Source of the DNA: Haplodiscus bocki
Taxonomy: Eukaryota
Reading direction: 5' to 3'
NCBI GenBank assembly: GCA_965655095.1
Contig: OZ296648.1
Span: forward strand, 117,242,001-117,306,000
DNA length: 64,000 bases
Shown in pieces: positions 49,634 to 60,118 of this stretch. A model generated the notes under the pieces. That model made no database searches and had not been told where the DNA came from. It was given only the letters and a program-made list of their open reading frames with translations. Every line of letters begins with the position of its first letter. Positions within the stretch are counted from its first letter, which is position 1. The translations under genes were made by a program, and so were the position numbers.

Positions 49634-52600
49634 CTAACAATAAACTTGCTCGTCTGATTTTTTGCCAATTTTGCCTTGTCCATATGCGAGCGATTTGACA
49701 CCATCATCGAGTAAATATCGTTTGTCATCAAAACTGCTCATGGCAACTTTGTGCATACGATTGACAACAATCTGATGATTCTTGGATCTCAATTTTGTCA
49801 GGGACTTTTTAAATCTTCCTTTATTCAGCAGACATTCTCAGTACAAATCATGACGCAGCGTTTTCTTGAGTTCTTTGCAATCCCTTTGAACTCTCTTTGA
49901 CGACCCCTCGAATTGAATACTCTATAATTCAGAACTCAGGCAAACAATTTCACTCGAAACCTTTCCATGTAAATCATCCGTCATGGCAAGCGGTACTTTT
50001 TTGTTGGTTTCGTGTAAAAAACGCTCTTCTGGGTAATCCGACAAGATCCTTGAAGGTCGCCATTTACGAATAACGATCTTCAGTTTCGATTCTATACAAA
50101 TATGAGTCGGTGTCTTTGTAGCAAACGTTTACTTTGTCGCCAAAGCGCGGGTTCATTTCGTCGTAGCGAAATTTTACTTAAACACAGTGTCGACAAATCA
50201 AGTAACGAAGCTCTTACGGGAGTGGGTTTTGACCGAACAATCCTACTTGGAGAGAAGAAAACAGAGACTAAGCCATCATGAAAATGACAGGATTTAAATG
50301 TTGGCTTCATCAAACACTGTTGCGCCTGCTTCTCGTTATTTACAAAAATGATCTCGCGTCGATTGCAAAAATTCTCCCTAGTTTTTCCCAAACAAGCGTT
50401 GCACATCAATTTAAAACAATTTTCTCAAAGTCATGTGATGCTTGCTTTCCCGCTGTGTTTTTTGAAATATAATCCCCCAGCCATTTGCTTTCCCGAAACT
50501 GTATAACACGATGAAGTTTTTTGTCGTGAGAACATGATTCACGTGAAATTCAAGGTTACGGTCGTGGGAGACATAGCAACTTTTACCCAACAACGTTTCA
50601 ACAAACTTCTGTGTTCCATCACTTGGTAACTTAACATTGAAGGATTTGGGGTAGGGAGATAACCATGGTTCATGAATCAAAAGTCTTTCGGGCCCCACAG
50701 GTAAATCATTCTGAGAGTTATGTAAAGAAGAAGAATATATGATATCAAGTTCGACAAACTATCCATTCACTGCATCACCACCAGTAGGAGGGATATCATC
50801 CAAAGTGATTGCATCATTCGAATCATAGTTGTCCAAGGGTAGAGTTTGCTGCATAGTACCAACATACAAAAAAATTTCATGAAAAAATGCATCATCAACA
50901 CTTGTTCCTGATTCATCAAAGTTGTTCAAATCCTTAATATTCGTCTGAAAGTGGCGCAGCTTACCAATTCCGTTAATACCTACCCGAAGTCCCCTCCCGA
51001 AAAACAGCAACATATCGATGTCCGTCAATAAACCCAAATCAACGCGAGTTGTAATCAGCATTGCTTCTCAGCTCAGATTTGGTGCTGAGAAGTGAGCTGG
51101 ATCTAGTTGATACATTTTCATATAAACTTGCCGAAAATTTTCAAAAACATCCGCTAGAATCACAACATCTGTTCGTAAGTACACATCATGATAGTCCCCC
51201 AGAGTGCCACAGCCGAAAAGATTGTAGAATCCTAAGGCTTCACAGAAATATCAATTATGCCTGTTAACGTATTTTTCCAGTCATTGCCATAACTTGGGAG
51301 GGGTTCATTGAATTTTTGAAAGAGTGCAGAAATGAATAAGGGAAGAGACCTTGGCGAGGAAGCAGCTTCCAGTTCACATTCGGATGTTTTGTCAAGAAAT
51401 TTCAAAAGGTTGTAATCATCCGCTTTTAGAGTTTCTGCCAGAGATTCCAAAGTTTGCGACATGAACTGGAAGCTATCGAGAATACTAAGGTTGTTTGTAC
51501 TTTGTACATTTTTACCCTGTGTTTTACCAATTTTTGTGATATAAGACGCAACAGGAACAGATATGCTAAAAGAAATGCAGATCTCATCTGTTCGCGATAC
51601 TGCAGCCAATTTTTCACCAGGGAGATAATTCAAAATTTTTGACTATGTGATGTGCATCGTACCGTGATAGGTTATCAAAAAAATGGGAAAAAGTTGGTTG
51701 ATCGCGCCTTCAAGCTGCAGGAAGAGTGGGCCACACCATAAATCTTACGAGTAATATGACAGTGATGGATAACACGCTGCGAGTGAGATACTGTCCACAA
51801 ATGCAACAGATGACTGTAAGCGGGGATAAAAACTTTTGACGCTCTGCCTGAGACAATTGAAGCCATCTGAAGGTCTGTTTTTGTCCATAACCCCAGCTTA
51901 ACCAAGAGAGAAGAGTTTCCATAAGTTTCGGAATGCAATCCAGTCCTCGATAAAACTCCGACTTCTGAATCAAATTCGCTGAAACAAGAAATATTGTTAG
52001 ATTCTTCATGAAACAAGATACAGGACATGCACCTCGTAAACAGAAACAGTTCAAAACGGAATGAAAAAAACGTAGGAATCGGTAAGATCTGAAAAAACTA
52101 ACAATAGGAGTCAACCATGATAGTTCCAAAGCTGGCAGGATATTGGCGTTCAGTTTCAATTGTGGTTTAATTGCTGTTTCCACCTTCACCATCAGTTGCC
52201 AAGTCGATTGCTTCTAAGTCTGCATGTACAACAAACGGTTTAAATTGCGTTTATTGCTCATTTTCGGATGCCAGTTTCTTCCTATTCTCAGCATGTTGAT
52301 CTCAAGAGGTTTGTGGTGCTCACGAAACTAGAAGTGCTGGTGAAAATTCTGTTTTACAATTGATTGCATACAGTTCCCACAAAATCTAGTTTTTGGACCA
52401 TTCAATCTTTTACGCGAAGACCGAGCCAAATGATGCATGAGATTTGAGAAGTTTTTGATTAAGCAAAAGTGACTTCTCTTGTTCTCGATCAGCAGTAGAA
52501 GTTTCATTTTTCGTCAAGACTTTCGCTTTTTGTATGAAAACGTTCAAAAGACTAACAATAAACAGATATTGAAGCATCATATCGTCTTTCCAAAGTCATT

Positions 52601-53459
52601 GCTCAAAGTCATTGAAAAATCAGATATCTCATATGCAAGCTCACTCATGAAAAGCAAGTATGAGGACGGTCGCTCGACATGGATTTTTGCGGGAATAAAC
52701 CAACAAGTACAGCGTTAATAAATAAAACTTGTCCTTATTCTTAATGGTAAGCAAACTTTGGTAGATTTTTTCGAGTTCAGTTGGGGTCTCATAAAAGATG
52801 AAGCAGCGCTTTTGAAGGGACCGGCCATCCTGTTCTCCAGAGTTCCGATAACCCAACCAGATCCCGCAGAATAAATTGAGAAAGCAAGCTGTCAATCATT
52901 TTGGCAGTTTCGTCTGTGTCCAGCTGATGGGCTACACGCGCCATTGATGAATGAAAATATACTGTAACAAAGTGGTCTTCCAATGGTTCGCAAAGTTTTA
53001 CACTGCTCTCTCTGACCCGTACGCGGGTAGTTTCTCGTTAACAAAAAATGTGATACTCTGTTCATTGGAATTTGAAAACTGGGAAGGTTGCACGTTTTCG
53101 TGTCCGAAGTTCAAATGAAAAACTTTGAAGTTATCGTTCATTGAAGTTTGAACAAAACAAGCTTCAAAATTATGGTCAGAGACGGGGCGCTGAAACAGCA
53201 GAGCGCGAAGCTTGAAGATGGGTCTAGAGGATCTCTGCGCATCCGAAAAAAAGTGAAGGTCATCTGAAACTCCCAGTCAAAATGTGAACAGTTCGAATGT
53301 GGCGAAGAAGTTTGAAGGATGACGACAGACTCTGATCACAGTGACCACCACAGAAAGTTTGGATATGCAAAGTTGGCTCTAAGTTGTGTTCGAGCGAATG
53401 TGCTGATATAAAGTCCTCTTGGATGAGAAAGCAGTCAGACAGTCTTCACATCGAAGCAT
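49634..53459 (-). pseudogene. POLB: Protein-primed family B DNA polymerase (pPolB) with N-terminal C2H2 fingers and an HNH/endonuclease VII-like insert
   Basis: In order: GSGWVI (52853-52864), IKNKDKF and HFCLIKN, Exo I PFVVHADLE, CCICG..HHCHITRKIYGVAHSSCSL, Exo II DNLSRYDAH, ILDSFQFM, Exo III YLRTDVVILADVFENFR, LLTDIDMLLFF, DLPVGPE, motif B KLMCNACLGKTREN, motif C YKDTDS (~50104-50121), and C-terminal SSFDDKRYLLDDGVKSLAYG. Many frameshifts and stops. Confidence 0.95.
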
Positions 53460-53907
53460 TTTGCTGAGGAACATTCAAAAAGGCCTAACTTTCGAAGTTC
53501 ACACCCATTGAATCGTAGTTCGCTTCGTCAATCTCAGGTATGGGAAAATTTCCGTGCATTATGTGGAAAAACTTTTCATCAGGCCCAGTCACAACGTTAA
53601 ATTTACATCGCGATTATAAAATGAGATCACAAAAGTGATCACAAAAGAAGCCCTCCATTAGAAGCCGAATTCAATTATTAGGATTTGAAATAGAAACCGC
53701 GGCTGAAAATCAAAAAAACGGTATTCTTCAAATTTGGAAATGCAGTCTAGCTTTTTCAACCAAATTGGTTGATTGCTATACGCTTTCAAATTCGTGTGTT
53801 CAATGAAGAATTCCAGTAAAGCACGAAGAGTTTTGGATATCTCCATCAGCATTTCAATATTTACAAAGTTGAATCTTGATTTTTATGTTTGATAACTTTC
53901 AGAAAAC

Positions 53908-54051
53908 TAAACCAGATAAGCTGTCAAAGTTGTCACGAAGTTAAACTAAGAGTTCAAAACGTATTAAGATTGAGGAGCAATAAGTGGGTTCAACTCGACT
54001 ACCCTATATGGAAAGAGTCATAAGTGGCTCTAAACCTCTCCTATTACTAAT
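53908..54051 (-). repeat. Right terminal inverted repeat of the Polinton
   Basis: Ends CTATTACTAAT (one substitution from the expected CTATTACTACT), immediately followed by the TSD ATTACC. Confidence 0.95.
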
Positions 54052-57000
54052 ATTACCTAAGAACACGAAATAAAATTTCAAAATTTGGCTCAAAAAAGCG
54101 TTTCGATGAAATACTATTTACATGTTTTCTATCGCAAGTTTGCTACCATTTCCCAAATTAAAGTGACCAGCAACCCCTTCTGCCTGATTGGCCGATTAAA
54201 CTTTCAATATGTGCAGGACATTTTGAAGATCCTTCCACGTTTATTTTTAAGCTTCGAAATCACTGTTATCACGCTGAATGAACAAAGCAGGCGAGTGATT
54301 TTTGCGGTCGACTTGATGAACTCACTCATTTTTTTAATTCGGCATGATCATTATGACGCCATAACCGAAACAAAAACACTGAGTTTTGATTACTCGCTTT
54401 TAATTAGCTCGCTATTTTCACTTGATGGCTTCCGCAATAACGCCAAAATTGGAGCGTTAGCGTGAGAGCCGAGACACGGTTCATTAGCTCCATTTTATAT
54501 AGGATATAGGAAGGATAGGATGGAAGTTTTACGGAAAACTTAAATTTCGATCCAAAAGTTGTCACTATGAAGAATTTTCCACGCGTATGGCAAATTTTAT
54601 ATTTTATTTTGGATCCGAAGTTTCGAATGTAGTGGTTTACGTTTTGAAAAGCACGCGGCGAGTGGATGATTTTCCCCAATTTGAAATATTGCGAAAAATG
54701 ATGTTTACTCAAATCAACTACACTTTTACCATCTTGAGGGTCTTTAAAAGACAAATTATAAAACACGAGTTCACCATTTTGCCAGGCCTTTTTAGTCGGC
54801 GCTACTGTTCAAAAAGTCAGACTTCTGCAGTACTTAGTTGTTTTTAGGATCGACGAAATCACCGTGTATACGACCTTTTCTTTGACCAAATTTGACGTCT
54901 CTACTATTCGCTTTCACCAGGCCTTTAGAATGTACCAAAAACCAGAATTTCAGCATATATCCAAAATGAAAAACATCAAATTTTTTCGCGAAGACAAACG
55001 CCAAAATTTTCTGTAAAAATTCAATCATCAGGCCTAAAATTTTCGACCTTGGGTGATAGTAGACTTTTTCGCCAGAAAAGCCGACAATTCTCGAAAAAGG
55101 GTTCACCCGAGGATATTTTGAGTCATACGGGTGGTGCCGATTTCGGTTGTTCCCAGCTTGTTTCAGATGTGCTTCCCTTTTAGGAAAATTGAAGATTAGG
55201 TTGACGTTTTGGGTCACGAAATTAATTCTTTTGGTGGATTGCTAAATATCATAAGACAAGCACAATACGTGTTACCGTCGCAAACATGTTTGCGGCTGGT
55301 ATTTAAAAATTGTACATCAACCCAATTTACAATTTTATGTTTACCCGTCTTACGCGATTTGGTACGTAATCAATTTATCAGAGGGAAATAGAGCTCTAAA
55401 CATTTTTAATCAAATTTCCCTACAGTTGCTATCAATTGAAAATTGCGAAAGAACTTTGTGAAAAAGAAAGATTGAATTAGTTCTTATAATACGTCAGTTT
55501 TCAAGGAAAGTAGTGAAAACAATGAAAGTTCAGTTCAAACTGTGAAAAATTAATCGGCATGCCAAAAACAATTATCACAGAATTTGATTCGTTGCATGAA
55601 CTTTTCTGTGGAGACATGCTTGCCCCGCGTAATTGTCTGATAAAATTTGTCTAAGCGTGAACTGAGAGAACCTAGAAAAGTTTCAACATTTTAGAGTTTC
55701 ATCAAATTTACAGCGATACTTAATTGAAAGTTAGAGTCCCGGTTGCCCTTTCGTTTGGCAATTTTGCCCTCTTTCCAGATTTTGAGTTGTTTCATGAATA
55801 TGTATGTCAAGATCGGAAAATGAGCTTTTCTAGAGTTCAAACTTTGACTGTTACCGTTCGAAAATAAATGGAAAACCAAATATCACAAAACACTTCAGTG
55901 ATCACTGCACTAGAAAACAATGTCAACATTAATACAAATGGTAGAAACTTACCAAATCACAATTGCTTCGATTCCTTGGTTGAATCGGCAACACGAACCC
56001 AAAAACTTAGTAATGTTTAGATCAGAGATTAGTAACAACCAAACAGCACCTTGGATGATAGACTTCCAAAATTTGTATCTAGGCTGTTCCTTTGGTTTCT
56101 TCATGAAGCTGAAGCACCACTTCCAGCGTCAACTGGACTCCACATAGGTCCCTCACTTCCATTTTAGGGATTAGAATTTATACTCCCCGACAGCCATAGT
56201 ACTTGACACCAAAAACACACAGCAGCGAGTTCCCATACAATCTTTAATGTAAAAGAGTTGTTTCTTGAAACTATGACTCATTATTAGCGTTCGATTGAGG
56301 GTTATGCAAGCCAGATGTAGCAGCAGCAGATATCACAATAATATGAGAACCTACACAGCATTTCGTAATTCCAGAGTACTTCAAAGTGTATACTGGAATG
56401 TCTGAAACGGTCTTGGTAAAATGGTCTCGAAGTTCCACTTTACAAAGAAGGAATAAGAGCAGGAGCATGTGCTATATAGCCTAGGAACTTTTTCACAGGA
56501 GCCTTTTCAAAGAGAAACACTCACCCCACTCGGAGAGGACTTCAGAATATTTTGGGGATATCTACTGGGTCTCCTTTATTCCTCATTCTGTTCTCCCGCG
56601 AATCAAGATAAATAAATTCAAAATTTCCCGGCGTTTAACATTTCAAAAGTATATTGACTGATGATTAAGAAAAAATTCAGTTTTTTTTAATTTATGCGCT
56701 CTCACCGCTACAATGATGGCCCGTATGGTCTCTCCTCCACTCCCACGCAGCTTTGTTGCGTTTTGAAACGAAAATTTTGAAATGTTTCATTATCGCATGA
56801 ACATCCAAGTATATTGACTTGGAAAACAAAAACATTTTTAAATTGTGAGCTCTCACCGCTATGATGGTAAATAACTTCTGACGGCCACTAATCACTCAAT
56901 TAACCAGAAGTTTTCAACAAACACCACTGTTTTGTCAGCGTTTTACTGTCGAGTATGTAGGCCTATCACATCGACTTTTTTCGTAAGATGATGACAGTTT

Positions 57001-59869
57001 CACATCTAAATGATGCAATTCGGGCATAAAAAGAGGAATCGGGCCAATTCGTGGCAGTGGGTACAAATACGAAAAACGTGCAATACAAATTAACCAAATC
57101 TTCTCAACTGATTTCTTTCATAATTGGTTTAAACCCATATACAAGTTAAATGGATATCCGAATTATCCGTAAACGAATTGACCGGAGTATAGTGTAGTTG
57201 CATTTTATGATATGACGGTTCCTTCCAGTGTCGAACTCTCCAAATCTGAAAACTTTCCTGATTTTGCCCATTCATCTCTCAAGTATCCGCGACTTTTGCC
57301 AGCTTACTATTCATGTTTTGGCTGCCCCCAGCTTTTCATTAATTTCCCAAAAACAATAAAAACTTTCGTGATGACCCTCATTGATCCCTGTTTTATAGGC
57401 CAGCTTTGCCAAGTTATAGCAGGAAATCAAGCGGCCGTACGTTTCCTTCGGTATATTGATTTCCATTGGGACGTCCCCTTTCAAGTAAATAAAGGCTTAT
57501 CGACAGCGCCGACTTTGGCCGCTCTCGTCTCGTTAAAGAAGAACAACCAGTTTGCATCACTTTCGACAAAAAACATCGCATTGCGATATTTTCCGTCAAG
57601 GTGAAAAGATTGATCGAACTCACAACCTAAAAAAAATCGACGAAGCTAGTCTGAAGATTTCAAGCCGGACGCTTCAGTGAATTATGAGTTTGAAAAGCGA
57701 CGAAATAAGAATGACATTCGGACTTTTGCAATTCCGGCATATGAAAATTCCAGTAGAAGGAACAAAATGAGATTTCTCAAGAAAAGAGTCATCCAAAAAA
57801 ACCGTCAATTCAGACATCGATAGAATTCAAAACTAGTTTCCGAGGATGCATTGGAATATTGAGATCTATGTAGACAATAGCATTTTTGGCCAACTATGAA
57901 TCCAATTCCGATGTAGAGAACAATTATGAAAACATATAGAAAAGAACAGTCAGCCTCAAGTAAAAAATTACAGATTGACACCGTGACGGATAAGGAAGCA
58001 GGTAGATCTGAAAAAATTTTAGTATCGAAGCATGTTAAGACGAACAGCACTCTCTGGCACTTGCAATCCATCAGGAATCCACTACACGGAAGAACATTGA
58101 GGATTTTTCATGCAATATCCCAGAAATACACTTGTCCCACTTGTTTTTGAGTGAGACGAGTTTGGAAACAGAGATGAGTCTATTTTCAAAACAATTCCAG
58201 CATTTTGGACTATCAAGATTCCAATGCAGGAACGTGATTGGGAGTATTTCGGCTCAAGACTCCAGAAAAGCTTTCCGAACGAGACCTTGGTTGGCAAAAT
58301 CAAACCTGTGTTTGAAGAAAAATGTGTTTGAATTTTGAGAACCTTAAAAAAAGAGAATGGACTACCAGGATTTAGGCACATGAAACAAATCAATCAAGTT
58401 GGATGGAATTTTCTACCACACAATGCTTTCGATTCAGACGTTGGAGCAAGAAACCAGTTCAGTGGTTATCAACAACTTTGAGTTGCAATGTCAAAAAAAG
58501 CCAGGGTTAGAAGCCGTTCTGTTCCACTTTGGAACAATCAAAAAACAAACGCAAGTAACAACTTGAGAAGCTTTTGAAGCCGATTTTCGTGTAAAATTGA
58601 ACATCTGTCGCTTCAGATTTTCATTGAAGATTTCTAGTTTTTGTTACGGACAAAAAGAGTTTTAACATCAAGTTATTTCAAGGATGAAAACTTTTTGAGC
58701 ATTCTCGGACAATTACGGTTGCCACGCAAAACAACGAAAAGGATGGTTTATCAAACAAACACTCCTCTACAAGTTGAAAACATTCAATTATTACTCCGCT
58801 GAACGGATTTAAGATTGTAGTTACGAACGAAGAATAATTTCAAAAACGGGATGAACGAATTTTGATTAAATTTTAGATTCTTCGGACTATTAGGATCTTG
58901 ATACGAGAATCAAAAGAAAAGTTTTTTCAATCCAAGTTTCCTTTCAAAACTTTCCATGGATACTTGTGGGAAGAAATTAGTCCTGTAGTCACGGAAAAAG
59001 AAGGCCGAATAACGTGATGATCCAAAAAAATCTGCCCCATTCAAAATATCAAGTTTCTGAGGCAATGAACCAAATGGAAAACTTCTCATTGCAATGGATT
59101 GTCACTAAATGAAAGCTTTTGGTTAAGACATCGTTGAAAAAATTGAAGCCAGTAATGCAAGAGAGATTAGAGTTCTGAAAAGAATGATTTTTGAAAACTG
59201 GCAGTTTCCATCGCTTCAAGGGTCTTTTAAGATTATAATGCAAGAAAGAAGCCCAAAAATTTCTGTAGCACACTCCTGTAAAAGCTGGTTGTCGATTGAG
59301 ACCTAGTTGCGAGAATTCAAACCTGTAGTTTTGGAGAAAGAGAAGATTTTGCATGAAAGAAATTCAAAACTGATTGCGGTTTTTGGATCTCGAGAGTATG
59401 TTCAGAAGCATCCAAAGTTTTGCCCACAAAAGTAGATTTTGAGATGAAATGAAAACTTCGAGTTATACGAAGGTTTTCAGGAATTTTTTCAAACCGATCT
59501 TTCTCAAAAAAAACTACCAGTAAATTTGAATAGAAAACATTTTGCGTTACATTTTCCGTCGTATTTTTAATATGGAAGAATTTTTTCTCTGGCCAGGTGC
59601 GTTTTCTAACGTTTAGTTGCCGGTACTAAGGGAGGGGGGGAGCTTGATGCAGTTATTGACACCCAGACCGAACTTATCCTAAGTGAAAAATGTCAAAGTG
59701 CAAACTCAGTACAAATTCAATAGAAACTGAACTTTGTTGACTAAGTACACACTAAGTAAACCAACTGTCAAACCTCGATGACAATGCAATTATTCTACGT
59801 ATATTAGACAGTTCTACGAACGGAGCCTTGAATGAAGGTGACATCTCTCTGCGAGCTGTCCATACTTTC

Positions 59870-60118
59870 ACAAAAACTTCTACATTGACAGAACTTAGAC
59901 AAGTTTTGAAAAAACCAAACTTTTTTCTCAGAAATTCCAAACTCCGTACGTTTTGAAAATTCTTGCTGTTTCTGTCGCATTCTACAGTGAAAAAAAACTT
60001 CAGGGCCGGACAAGCGTTCAAGTCGGATATTGTTAATTGACAAAAATGCGAAAACCTTCGCTTTCAGCGTTTCGAGTAGACCATTTTCCTTCCATATTCA
60101 AATGTGGGCGGAAAAAAA
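59870..60118 (-). mobile_element. Helentron-like family B, 5' fragment (a second fragment lies at 59551-59620, + strand)
   Basis: Reverse complement reads TTTTTCCGCCCACATTTGAATATGGAAGGAAAAT and contains the CTGTAGAATGCG internal repeat. Confidence 0.5.

Larger units (their letters stand above)
41239..54051. mobile_element. Polinton/Maverick (adintovirus-like endogenous viral element), both termini present, fully decayed, 12.8 kb
   Basis: TIRs at both ends, a 6-bp TSD ATTACC (41233-41238 and 54052-54057), and remnants of pPolB, integrase, ATPase, protease, major and minor capsid genes between them. Confidence 0.96.
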
